Positions 7,586 through 15,885 of a stretch of 64,000 nucleotides of DNA are shown one piece after another. The stretch's first letter is position 1, and each line of letters begins with the position of its first letter. The DNA comes from an uncultured Planctomycetales bacterium (GTDB taxonomy: Bacteria > Omnitrophota > Gorgyraeia > Zapsychrales > JAHFFX01): NCBI GenBank assembly GCA_964612665.1, contig CAZTCI010000007.1, forward strand, positions 18,981-82,980, in the 5' to 3' direction. The position numbers were made by a program, and so were the translations under genes. Below the pieces are notes generated by a model. The model saw only the letters and a list, made by a program, of their open reading frames with translations, ran no database searches and was not told the origin of the DNA.

Positions 7586-8101
7586 TTAGGAAAGAATTTG
7601 AATAAGGCGGGCAATGGATTTGATTTCCGCGCCTACTAGATCGAGATCATGATCCAAAATAACCAGCAAATGCCTGCTGTCAGTATCAACCTTATGTTTT
7701 AAAGCCTCAAGGTCTCTTTTGATGCGGTTTAAAAAAATAATTCTGGCGCGCATACGGCGCTGGGCTATTTTTTTATCAACGTATGGCAGGAAATACAAGG
7801 CGAGGTCAATATTAAAGTATGGTCTTTCAATAGATAAAAAGCTTTCGTTAACCAAATGATCAAAAATTTTCTCACCCTTAGGCGTAATACTGTACACAAA
7901 TTTTTCCGGCCACTTCCCTTCGCGGCCGACATCTTTCTTAACCAACCCAAGCTTTTCCATTTTCTTAAGCGGATAATAAATGGATTTAATTTTCAATCCA
8001 ACAAATTGAAAAATCTCTTCTTCAATTTTCCGTTTAATTTCGTAGCCGTGAATCGGGCCCTGTTTTAGAAGTCCCAAAAATAGAAGTTCGTGTTCGATCA
8101 T
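7586..8101 (-). CDS. PadR family transcriptional regulator
   Basis: GPIHGYEIKRKIEE...YYPLKKMEKLGLV is a PadR winged-helix signature. Confidence 0.8.
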   Translation of the reverse strand: MIEHELLFLGLLKQGPIHGYEIKRKIEEEIFQFVGLKIKSIYYPLKKMEKLGLVKKDVGREGKWPEKFVYSITPKGEKIFDHLVNESFLSIERPYFNIDLALYFLPYVDKKIAQRRMRARIIFLNRIKRDLEALKHKVDTDSRHLLVILDHDLDLVGAEIKSIARLIQILS

Positions 8102-8110
8102 TTGCGAGGA

Positions 8111-9190
8111 TTAACTAAACAACCGGCAGACTGGCAAACTGGTTAATCTTGGTTTTTTTATAGTGAACTCAATTATTTGCCGCATCATCTTAACACACTC
8201 AAGAGGATATCGCCCAACAGCTGTTTCACCAGACAACATAACACCGCCGGTGCCATCTAAAATCGCATTGGCCACATCCGTTACCTCAGCCCGCGTTGGA
8301 CGAATGGATTCCGTCATGCTTTCCAGCATTTGGGTCGCGGTTATAACATATTTCCTCTGGGCATTACAATGACAAATAATTTCCTTTTGCACAATGGGAA
8401 TTTCATAAATTGGAATCGACACGCCTAAATCGCCGCGCGCGACCATGATACCATCGGAAACTTTTAAAATGGGACCAAGATTCTTTAAGCCTTCTTCATT
8501 TTCTATCTTGGCAATAAATTGACACCGCGGCAGTTTTGGCCTGACCAAATCAATCACGCGCTGCATGTCCTGTGCATTACGGACAAAGGATTGTGCCATA
8601 TAGTCAACTTTGTGCCGGATACCAAAGGCAATATCATCACGATCTTTATCTGTCAGAATATTCTGTTTTAAACGTAGTCCCGGAATATTAATCCCCTTAC
8701 GCGCTTTTAACGTTCCTCCAATGACAACCTCCATCTCAACGGCCTGTCTCTTATGTCCAAGAATTCTCAAAGCTAATTTTCCGTCATCAATAAACACCCA
8801 AAGATTTTTTTTAAGACGCTTCAAATCATCATCGAAATCGATAGGAATCGTATCAGAGGAGTCCAAATTGTTTTGGTTGGAAAAATAAAGTCTTTGTTTC
8901 GAATGGATTTCAACGGGCTTAATAAGTTCTCCGACGCGAATTCTGTATCCTTCTAAATCTTGGAGAATCAAAACCGGCCGTGGGCTTCTAGTTTTAAGCT
9001 TGCGTATCTTGAAAATAAAATCCGCATGGTCTTCATGTGTTCCATGCGAAAAGTTCAGGCGCGCGATCGTCATTCCTTCTTTGGCCATTTTTTCCAGCAC
9101 GCTGGCTTTAGAACAAGCTGGTCCCAAAGTGCAGACTATGTCAATCTTTTGAACTTTTTTCATTTTGTTTAACCACTTACTCATAGTCAA
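8111..9190 (-). CDS. pyk: pyruvate kinase, short form (A/B barrel domains only, no C-terminal regulatory domain)
   Basis: [38 protein letters not shown] and [12 protein letters not shown] are PK signatures. At 359 aa it ends right after the barrel. Confidence 0.8.
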   Translation of the reverse strand: MTMSKWLNKMKKVQKIDIVCTLGPACSKASVLEKMAKEGMTIARLNFSHGTHEDHADFIFKIRKLKTRSPRPVLILQDLEGYRIRVGELIKPVEIHSKQRLYFSNQNNLDSSDTIPIDFDDDLKRLKKNLWVFIDDGKLALRILGHKRQAVEMEVVIGGTLKARKGINIPGLRLKQNILTDKDRDDIAFGIRHKVDYMAQSFVRNAQDMQRVIDLVRPKLPRCQFIAKIENEEGLKNLGPILKVSDGIMVARGDLGVSIPIYEIPIVQKEIICHCNAQRKYVITATQMLESMTESIRPTRAEVTDVANAILDGTGGVMLSGETAVGRYPLECVKMMRQIIEFTIKKPRLTSLPVCRLFS

Positions 9191-9233
9191 AAAAAATCCG
9201 CCTCAAAATATTTTTAAAATCATTTAGGCGGAT
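9189..9233 (-). terminator. Rho-independent terminator candidate downstream of the lipoprotein gene
   Basis: On the minus strand, stem ATCCGCCT...AGGCGGAT is followed by T8. The loop is long (~22 nt). Confidence 0.45.
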
Positions 9234-9246
9234 GTTATTTTTCCTT

Positions 9247-9774
9247 TTATTTTTGAACTTCGGTAAATTGTTTAGATAGCTCCGTAAAAATAGCCTCCGC
9301 AACTTTCATTTTAGCGGTAGAACTCAGCGAACTCACGTCAATTTTTATTAGACCGTCTTTCAATTCATCGAAAAAGATTCCAATCTCCGTCGTGTTTACA
9401 TTTCCTTTAATACCCATGACAACAATCACACGTTTGCTTCGATTTTTAATAAAAACTTCCCATTTCTGAATAGCGGCAATTTCCAAGACTGTTTTAAAAG
9501 CTTCGTTAAAAGAACCTTTGTAGGTTTTAGTGATCGCCTCACTGCGCGCATTGTTCAAAGCTCGTGTCGAAGAACCCCAAATGGTTTTAAATGGTTCGGC
9601 GATTTGGGCGCATCCTGAGGAAGATAAGATAATTAAGGAAAGGAATAATAAAAAATTGAACGCGAATCTACGCGAATTGCACACGAATAGTCGCGAATTC
9701 AATTCGCGTTGATTCGTGTGCAATTCGCGACTATTCGCGTTCAAAATTTTCTTTAATTCAATCATAGCGGGCAT
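9247..9774 (-). CDS. hypothetical lipoprotein; the annotated 5' end is encoded by a long palindromic element
   Basis: An internal signal-peptide-like segment RRFAFNFLLFLSLIILSSSGC has a Cys lipobox-like site. The residues before it (ILNANSRELHTNQRELNSR) are translated from palindromic DNA, and a plus-strand shadow ORF gives a near-identical peptide. Confidence 0.45.
   Translation of the reverse strand: MPAMIELKKILNANSRELHTNQRELNSRLFVCNSRRFAFNFLLFLSLIILSSSGCAQIAEPFKTIWGSSTRALNNARSEAITKTYKGSFNEAFKTVLEIAAIQKWEVFIKNRSKRVIVVMGIKGNVNTTEIGIFFDELKDGLIKIDVSSLSSTAKMKVAEAIFTELSKQFTEVQK
9650..9750. repeat. ~95-bp imperfect palindrome built of CGCGAATTGCACACGAAT / ATTCGCG modules
   Basis: TTGAACGCGAAT...ATTCGCGTTCAA are the outer arms. 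The inner arms CGCGAATTGCACACGAAT and ATTCGTGTGCAATTCGCG are exact reverse complements. Confidence 0.6.
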
Positions 9775-9788
9775 TATAACAGAACCTC

Positions 9789-10211
9789 TTACAGTTGCAA
9801 CGGCTGATACTTAATAATCAACGGAAACAAATATTCTTCTTCAATTTTAATCCGGCCCAAGACAAGACCAGAAAATTCCCGAAAGTCCCGCACAAAATTT
9901 CCGGCATGCAGATCACCCATCTCACCGGAATGTTGATCAAAAAAGGTCAACAGTTGAATTTTAAGCTGCTTCAAATCCTGTTTTAAAAATTCAATCATCT
10001 TCAAATCCGCCCGGTTTTCTTTATAAAAAATTGCGAGCGGTTCGTAAAAGGCGTTGTTTTGTTGTTCGAAGTAAGCCAAAAGTTGCACTTCAAAAGCCCG
10101 CAGTTTGGGCTTGACGTCTTTATAAGAATGAATTTTCTGTTGAATCTGATCAATGCTGTCGAGCAATGATTGGTGTGCGGTTTTTAAACGATTGAGTTTG
10201 TCTTTCATCAC
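9789..10211 (-). CDS. hemerythrin-like (HHE cation-binding) domain protein, tentative
   Basis: C-terminal H...E...H and EEEYLFPLI resemble hemerythrin-like metal-binding motifs. The match is weak. Confidence 0.35.
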   Translation of the reverse strand: MMKDKLNRLKTAHQSLLDSIDQIQQKIHSYKDVKPKLRAFEVQLLAYFEQQNNAFYEPLAIFYKENRADLKMIEFLKQDLKQLKIQLLTFFDQHSGEMGDLHAGNFVRDFREFSGLVLGRIKIEEEYLFPLIIKYQPLQL

Positions 10212-10216
10212 TAATA

Positions 10217-10279
10217 GGTGTTAGGTTTCAGGTCTTAGGTGTTTGTCCCTAACACCTAAGACCCAACACCTAAAACCTA
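10217..10279. repeat. palindromic hairpin element (13-bp perfect stem GGTCTTAGGTGTT / AACACCTAAGACC)
   Basis: Seen directly. It sits immediately after the aldolase stop. There is no U-tract, so it is not a canonical intrinsic terminator. Confidence 0.5.
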
Positions 10280-11079
10280 CTGGCTTTCTTTTCTTTTTTT
10301 AATTCATTGTACACGGCTAACGCTTTCTTCGCCGAATTCCCTTCGTGCACAATCGACCGCACGGCTTGAATCATAGCGACTGGTGCTTCGGCTTGAAAAA
10401 TGTTACGTCCCATGTCAACGCCCACCGCGCCGTCTTGAATGGCGCGGTAGGATAATTTGAGTGCTTCTGACTCCGGAATTTTTTTGCCGCCAGCAATCAC
10501 AACTGGAATCGGGACTTTCTTAACCAGCTTATCAAAATCTTCGCAATAATAGGTTTTCACAATGTGCGCGCCGGTTTCAGCCGCGATACGGCATGCTAAA
10601 CTTAGATAACGTTCATCACGCGTCATGTTTTTCCCGACGGCAGTAACGGCCAACACCGGAATCCCGTATTTTTCGCCCCAATCAACCGTCTTCGCCAAGT
10701 TGATAATCGTTTTATGCTGATACGGTGACCCAACATAAATCGACATCGTAATCGCGCTCGCATTTAATCGAATGGCATCTTCAATATCCACTGTCAAATC
10801 TTCGTTCGATAAATCTTCTTCCAAAACGGAATTGCCGCCGGAAATTCTTAAGACAATAGGAACATTCGTTTGTGGATCAATACAATTCCGCAGCGCGCCG
10901 CGCGTAATCATAAGCGAATCTGTGTACGGCAAAAGCGGTTTAACGGTTTTCCCCAAATCTTCCAACCCCGACGTGGGACCTAAAAAATAGCCGTGATCAA
11001 CGGCGAGCATCAGCGCCCTGCCGGTTTCAGGTTTAATGATACGCGACAATCTGTTTTTCATTCCCCAATCCATTTCCAA
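10270..11079 (-). CDS. class I aldolase of the DhnA/FbaB family (fructose-bisphosphate aldolase or ADH synthase-like; DeoC/LacD superfamily)
   Basis: LMLAVDHGYFLGP, VLAVTAVGKN, HIVKTYY and VVIAGG match archaeal-type class I FBA. The likely start is MKNRLS. Confidence 0.7.
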   Translation of the reverse strand: MEMDWGMKNRLSRIIKPETGRALMLAVDHGYFLGPTSGLEDLGKTVKPLLPYTDSLMITRGALRNCIDPQTNVPIVLRISGGNSVLEEDLSNEDLTVDIEDAIRLNASAITMSIYVGSPYQHKTIINLAKTVDWGEKYGIPVLAVTAVGKNMTRDERYLSLACRIAAETGAHIVKTYYCEDFDKLVKKVPIPVVIAGGKKIPESEALKLSYRAIQDGAVGVDMGRNIFQAEAPVAMIQAVRSIVHEGNSAKKALAVYNELKKEKKASRF

Positions 11080-11090
11080 ACCTCCCTCTT

Positions 11091-12122
11091 CTACTGCATT
11101 GCTGGTTGAATAATTACTTTGATTGAATAATCCGGCCTGACCACTAAATCAAACCCTTTTTGAATCTGCTCAAGCGACAAACGATGCGTAATCATGTCTT
11201 TGACTTTCACTTTTTTTTGCGCAATCAATCGCAGCGCTTCTTTTAAATCATTTGGGCTCGCGGCGTAGGAACTTAACACAGACACTTCAGTGCGCCAAAA
11301 AATTTCGTTGGTGGTGACAGGCAAAAATGAATCTTTCGCGGCCGCGGTAAAAATCAAAACCGTACCGCCGCGCTCGACGGATTTTAGGCCTTGTTCAACC
11401 GCTGCCTGGGCGCCTGAGCATAGAATCACAATATCAGCGCCGCGGCCTTTGTTAATTTTCCGAACCTTAGCTGGAATATTTTCCCGCGCATCGAACGCCG
11501 CTGTCGCGCCAAATTTTTTAGCCATTTGTAGACGAAAAGAATCGACATCTGTTGCGATAATCGTCTTGGCTTTAAGCGCCTTCGCTAACTTCACATGCAG
11601 CAATCCGGAAATCCCGCTGCCGATAATCAAAACGCGTTTACCGGTTTTCATGCCAGCCAATCGTTGTCCACGAAAGACACAACCTAACGGCTCAACAAAA
11701 CTCGCTTCTTCGAACGAAACATTTTGAGGGATTTTCAAAGTGCCCAAACGCAGATTGATGGCGGGCAGACGAATAAATTCCGCGAATCCACCTGGATAAA
11801 AATGTGTTTTGCGTAACGTCTCGCAAACTGTTTCATGACCGCTGCGGCAGTACTCGCATTTAAGGCACGGGACATGATGTGTTGCGACAACGCGGTCGCC
11901 AACTTTAAACTTTTTAACTTTCTTGCCGATCCGCGAGATCGTTCCGGCGACTTCGTGACCCAAGACCAGCGGAACTTTATCTCGACGGTACCATTCCATC
12001 ACATCACTGCCGCAAATGCCGCTGGCTTCAATACGCATTAACGCTTCATCATCGCTGATTGTCGGCACTGGCTGATCTTCAATCCGTAAATCAGTGTTGC
12101 TATAGTAAACGGCTACTCGCAT
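11091..12122 (-). CDS. zinc-dependent alcohol dehydrogenase (MDR family, threonine/sorbitol dehydrogenase-like)
   Basis: GICGSD, GHEVAG and the structural-zinc Cys cluster CLKCEYCRSGHETVC. GxGxxG Rossmann motif LIIGSGISG. Confidence 0.85.
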   Translation of the reverse strand: MRVAVYYSNTDLRIEDQPVPTISDDEALMRIEASGICGSDVMEWYRRDKVPLVLGHEVAGTISRIGKKVKKFKVGDRVVATHHVPCLKCEYCRSGHETVCETLRKTHFYPGGFAEFIRLPAINLRLGTLKIPQNVSFEEASFVEPLGCVFRGQRLAGMKTGKRVLIIGSGISGLLHVKLAKALKAKTIIATDVDSFRLQMAKKFGATAAFDARENIPAKVRKINKGRGADIVILCSGAQAAVEQGLKSVERGGTVLIFTAAAKDSFLPVTTNEIFWRTEVSVLSSYAASPNDLKEALRLIAQKKVKVKDMITHRLSLEQIQKGFDLVVRPDYSIKVIIQPAMQ

Positions 12123-12137
12123 GTATTTTAGTTTACT

Positions 12138-12226
12138 GACTTTTGCATTGCAAAAGTCTAGTACTAGGCCTTTTCTCCTCGAGAATGATAGAACAACCTT
12201 ATCTTTGGGAGAGAAAAGGCCAGTAA
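12138..12226. repeat. 89-bp structured repeat element, copy 1 (three palindromes)
   Basis: GACTTTTGCA-T-TGCAAAAGTC, CTAGTACTAG and GGCCTTTTCTCCTC...(26-nt loop)...GGGAGAGAAAAGGCC. It is 87/89 identical to copy 2 at 15737..15825. Confidence 0.7.
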
Positions 12227-12290
12227 CGTGAGCACGTGGGACGTCGAGAACAGTTGACCGTCCTACATGCTTACGTCCTACGTCCCACGT
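12226..12290. repeat. REP-like element, copy C (ACGTCC modules), abutting the structured repeat
   Basis: ACGTGAGCACGTGGGACGTC...GTCCTACATGCTTACGTCCTACGTCCCACGT. It shares GCTTACGTCCTACGTCCCACG with copy A. Confidence 0.55.
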
Positions 12291-12296
12291 AACAAT

Positions 12297-13925
12297 CTAA
12301 ACATCCTCCACATCATTCTTCTCATCCATTGGCCCGAACTTCTTTAATTTCTGTTGAAAATCCGCATAGGCTTTCTCAACGGTACTTAACTGTTCCCGGC
12401 TCTTGGCCAATTCAAATTCCGCGATCCGGTTTTGGCGGCTCAATTCCGTGTTGGCCTGCTGAAGGGCGGCAATTTTTGCGGCGTCGACAGTGAGCTGTTC
12501 TTTAAACTGTTTATTTTCAAGCCTGAGCTGGCTGATGTCTTTGTTATAACGTTCAATTTCAGTTTTAAAATCCTGGCTGATTTGTTCAAACCCCATGGCC
12601 TGCGCCCGGCTTTTGGTCAATTCATAATGCAGCATCTGTTCTTTTTCAAGCAATGTCTTGTTAAATTCTTTTACTTTCACAATATTGCGCTCCAAATCAA
12701 TCCTCGACGTGTCCGCCGCATTCTTTTCTTCGGTCAACCGATTGACCGCTTGACGCCATTCGCCTACCCGGTTTTCATCATCTTTTTCAAATCCAGCTAA
12801 TTGATTTTCAAGCGCGTTAACGCGTTCGATCTTCTCCCGAAGCTCTTCTTGCAAAAACCGGTTTTGCGTCTTGAGCTCTTCCAAACTTCGTTCGGCAACG
12901 GCCGCCTCGTGACTTTCTTTCTGTCTTTGCCAAGCTTCAATTTGAGATTCTTTTTCTCGAATTTCTTGTAATTGATTATCAATCTTCGCCAACAAAAGGG
13001 CGTTTTCAGATTTCAAAGACTGAACAAGAGTGGTTAACTCGTCGATATTTTGGCTTTTGAAAGCCGCGACCTGCTTTTGTAAATCTTCAATCAAAGCCGC
13101 ATCTTTGGCTTTGTCAGCGGCAAAAGCCCGATTTTCTTTGGTCAATTGATTTACACTGGTTGTAATTTTAAAAGCGAGTTCCTGCTTTTCGTTTTGGGCA
13201 ATCAAAAGGTTTTGCTTTAACTTCTCAATCTGCTCTTGAAGATTCTGCTTGTCGGCGTTGAGCGCATCGACGAGAATTTTATTCTTGGTTAAACTGTCTT
13301 GAAGTGTCTGGCGGGCGATATGCAGTTCTTCTTTAATGCCTTCGAGTTTCTGTAATTCTTCTTGGCGCTTAATAAGATTGTCGTTTTCCTGGCGAAGGAT
13401 GTTTATTTGTTCATTGACCTGCAATTGCTGGGCGGCGGATTGAGTTTGACGGGCGTTGATATCATCTTTGAGCTCGACAATTTTAGTTTGGAAGGATTGG
13501 GTTTCTTCTTTGAGCGCTTGATTTTCGGTGCGTAAGGTATTGATAAGCTCCAGCGCATTTTTAATTTCTGTCTGCGCTTCACGGCGAGTTTCGGCGAGCT
13601 GGTTTTCAAGTGTTGAAATTTGTTCGCGGTATTCGTTTTCTTTGGTTTGAATTTCCTGCAGTTTCTTAAGGGCGGCCTCTTCCTGCGCCATGGTTGTGTG
13701 AATATTATTCTGCGCCGTTTCTAAATCGCGTTTTAACTCGGCGAGCTGGGCTTTTAATTTGGTTTCATTTTCGTGGGAAGCCTTGAGTTCATGCTGTTCT
13801 TTAAGAAGTTCGGCGGAAATTTTCTTAATGTTTTCCCTCGGAGGCATCAAGACCGCTTTAATAATGAAGGTAATGCCTAAAGCCAAGAAAACCACAAAAA
13901 CCAGAACACCAAGAATTGTTATCAT
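12297..13925 (-). CDS. membrane-anchored long coiled-coil protein (EzrA-like architecture), hypothetical
   Basis: N-terminal TM helix ILGVLVFVVFLALGITFII is followed by ~500 aa of Q/E/K/L-rich heptad-like sequence. No catalytic motif. Confidence 0.45.
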   Translation of the reverse strand: MITILGVLVFVVFLALGITFIIKAVLMPPRENIKKISAELLKEQHELKASHENETKLKAQLAELKRDLETAQNNIHTTMAQEEAALKKLQEIQTKENEYREQISTLENQLAETRREAQTEIKNALELINTLRTENQALKEETQSFQTKIVELKDDINARQTQSAAQQLQVNEQINILRQENDNLIKRQEELQKLEGIKEELHIARQTLQDSLTKNKILVDALNADKQNLQEQIEKLKQNLLIAQNEKQELAFKITTSVNQLTKENRAFAADKAKDAALIEDLQKQVAAFKSQNIDELTTLVQSLKSENALLLAKIDNQLQEIREKESQIEAWQRQKESHEAAVAERSLEELKTQNRFLQEELREKIERVNALENQLAGFEKDDENRVGEWRQAVNRLTEEKNAADTSRIDLERNIVKVKEFNKTLLEKEQMLHYELTKSRAQAMGFEQISQDFKTEIERYNKDISQLRLENKQFKEQLTVDAAKIAALQQANTELSRQNRIAEFELAKSREQLSTVEKAYADFQQKLKKFGPMDEKNDVEDV

Positions 13926-13965
13926 GATTCACTCTCCTGTTTCTAAAAACGTTTTCAGAAAATTC

Positions 13966-14928
13966 TTAAAGGTAAGAGTTGCCTTTTAAATATCCCGCGT
14001 AATCGACGACCGCGTCTTCTAATTTTGTCAATGGCTTCGCATAACCGGCTTTCTTTAATTTATTCATGTCCGCTTGCGTGAAATACTGATACTTATCTTT
14101 GATTGTTTCCGGCATTTCGATATAGTCAATGTTTGCTGTTTTCCCGACGGCAGCAAAAAGCGCATAAGCCACATCGTTCCATGTCCTGGCCTGGCCCGTG
14201 CCTACGTTGTAAATGCCGTTAATGTCTTGGTAGTCAAAAAAGAACAGAATCATATCAACGGCATCTTTCACATAAATGAAATCACGTTTCTGTTCACCAT
14301 CTTTATATTGGGGTAGATAAGATTTAAAAAGCCCCATGCGGCCTTCTTTCACAACTTTCTCGTATGTCTTGGCAATGACACTGCGCATGTCGCCTTTATG
14401 ATATTCGTTGGGTCCGAAGACGTTAAAAAATTTTAAACCGGCAATTTTGTCTTGCAGATCATGGGCCAAAACCCATAAATCAAATTTTTGTTTGGATTCG
14501 CCGTAGGCATTCAGCGGTTTTAACCGGACAGTTGTCTCATCTTCATCACTATAACCCAACGAACCATCGCCGTAAGTGGCGGCGGAACTCGCGTAAATAA
14601 GCCGCGCGTCATGATGCAAGGCCCAATCCGCAACAGCGCAGGAATATTGATAATTATTTTTTTCTAAATACTCGACGTTGGTCTCGGTCGTGGCACTGCA
14701 GGCGCCCAGATGAAAAATGCAGTAAACTTCCTCATCCAACCGATCCGATTTAAGCAGCTCCAAAAATTTGTCTTTTTCAAAATATTGCCGGTATTTTTTG
14801 CCTTTTAAATTTTTTTCTTTAAGACTGTTTAAATGATCAACGACAATAATGTCCTCGTGGCCCAAGGCATTTAGCTTGGACAAAAGACAACTTCCTATAA
14901 ATCCGGCGCCACCGGTGAGGACGATCAT
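13966..14928 (-). CDS. hldD: ADP-L-glycero-D-manno-heptose-6-epimerase
   Basis: MIVLTGGAGFIGS, NVFGPNEYHKGDMRSV and YASSAATYG are HldD/RfaD signatures. Confidence 0.85.
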   Translation of the reverse strand: MIVLTGGAGFIGSCLLSKLNALGHEDIIVVDHLNSLKEKNLKGKKYRQYFEKDKFLELLKSDRLDEEVYCIFHLGACSATTETNVEYLEKNNYQYSCAVADWALHHDARLIYASSAATYGDGSLGYSDEDETTVRLKPLNAYGESKQKFDLWVLAHDLQDKIAGLKFFNVFGPNEYHKGDMRSVIAKTYEKVVKEGRMGLFKSYLPQYKDGEQKRDFIYVKDAVDMILFFFDYQDINGIYNVGTGQARTWNDVAYALFAAVGKTANIDYIEMPETIKDKYQYFTQADMNKLKKAGYAKPLTKLEDAVVDYAGYLKGNSYL

Positions 14929-15073
14929 TTGAATGAAACCCTGTATTTTGTATTTTAAAAAATTCTAAATCCCAAATTCTAAACAAATTCGAAATTCAAA
15001 TTTTCAATTTCACAAACTCAATCGCTTGAAACATTGTAATTTCAATTTTCTTATTTGTTCGAATTTAGAATTT

Positions 15074-15661
15074 TCAATCTCTATAATTCGTAATAATAAA
15101 TTTACCGATCTCCCGACCAATCGCCTCGGCCAAACTCCGTTCATCTTCCATCGAAGACTCAGCCTTTTTCTTGGCCTCAAAAAATAAAACGTAATCTCCC
15201 GTCTTCTGATCAATGAGTTTTCCTTCAGCACTTAAAGTCATTGCGCTTTTTTTAATGAACCCTGCTTTTTTAAGCCGTTGGGTAATATGGCCGCGGATGA
15301 CGACGTTGGCCTTTTTAGCGTCTGCGGCCTCCAAAATTTGGAAATCGGTCTTTTCTTCTTTAAAGGTCTCTACAATTCCTTTAACAATCATAAAGGAAAT
15401 TTTTTGTAAATCTTCACTAGCTTCAACGTCAGGACCGGCGCTGAAAGGCACAACAAGGAGTTTTCCTCCGTGTTTAAGCAGGGATGGTTTAATAACTTTT
15501 CCGGAAACAACAGTTTCTTTTGAAATGTGATTCTCGACGGGAATAATGGAATGATGGTGAAATAAACACCCCGTTAAAAAAATGGAATGCGTCAGTAAAA
15601 TACAGCGGATTATTTGGGACATAGTGAAGTGGATTCTAACACAGCCGAAAAACCAGCTCAA
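15074..15661 (-). CDS. hypothetical lipoprotein
   Basis: The likely start is MSQIIRCILLTHSIFLTGC (lipobox LTGC) at 15622. No recognisable family. Confidence 0.4.
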   Translation of the reverse strand: MSWFFGCVRIHFTMSQIIRCILLTHSIFLTGCLFHHHSIIPVENHISKETVVSGKVIKPSLLKHGGKLLVVPFSAGPDVEASEDLQKISFMIVKGIVETFKEEKTDFQILEAADAKKANVVIRGHITQRLKKAGFIKKSAMTLSAEGKLIDQKTGDYVLFFEAKKKAESSMEDERSLAEAIGREIGKFIITNYRD

Positions 15662-15681
15662 GGAGATAATACTTCAACTCC

Positions 15682-15880
15682 AGGACTTTCGCGTTTGGCT
15701 ATTCTCTCACGGAGAACCTGTTCTGCCTTTTCTATTGACTTTTGCAATGCAAAAGTCTAGTACTAGGCCTTTTCTCCCCGAGAATGATAGAACAACCTTA
15801 TCTTTGGGAGAGAAAAGGCCAGTAATACTGATGAAGACAGAGCTAGTTCTCAGTTCGTTCATAGTCAAACGCGAAAGTCC
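15682..15880. mobile_element. MITE-like unit: perfect 16-bp terminal inverted repeats (AGGACTTTCGCGTTTG / CAAACGCGAAAGTCCT) enclosing copy 2 of the 89-bp structured repeat (15737..15825)
   Basis: The TIRs are read directly at 15682-15697 and 15865-15880. The unit is entirely intergenic and has no coding capacity. Confidence 0.55.
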
Positions 15881-15885
15881 TAAAC

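Noticed and set aside
10217-10279. Intrinsic terminator call for the hairpin after the class I aldolase gene
   Set aside because: The 13-bp stem is perfect, but no U-tract follows on the transcribed strand. It is kept as a palindromic repeat rather than a terminator.
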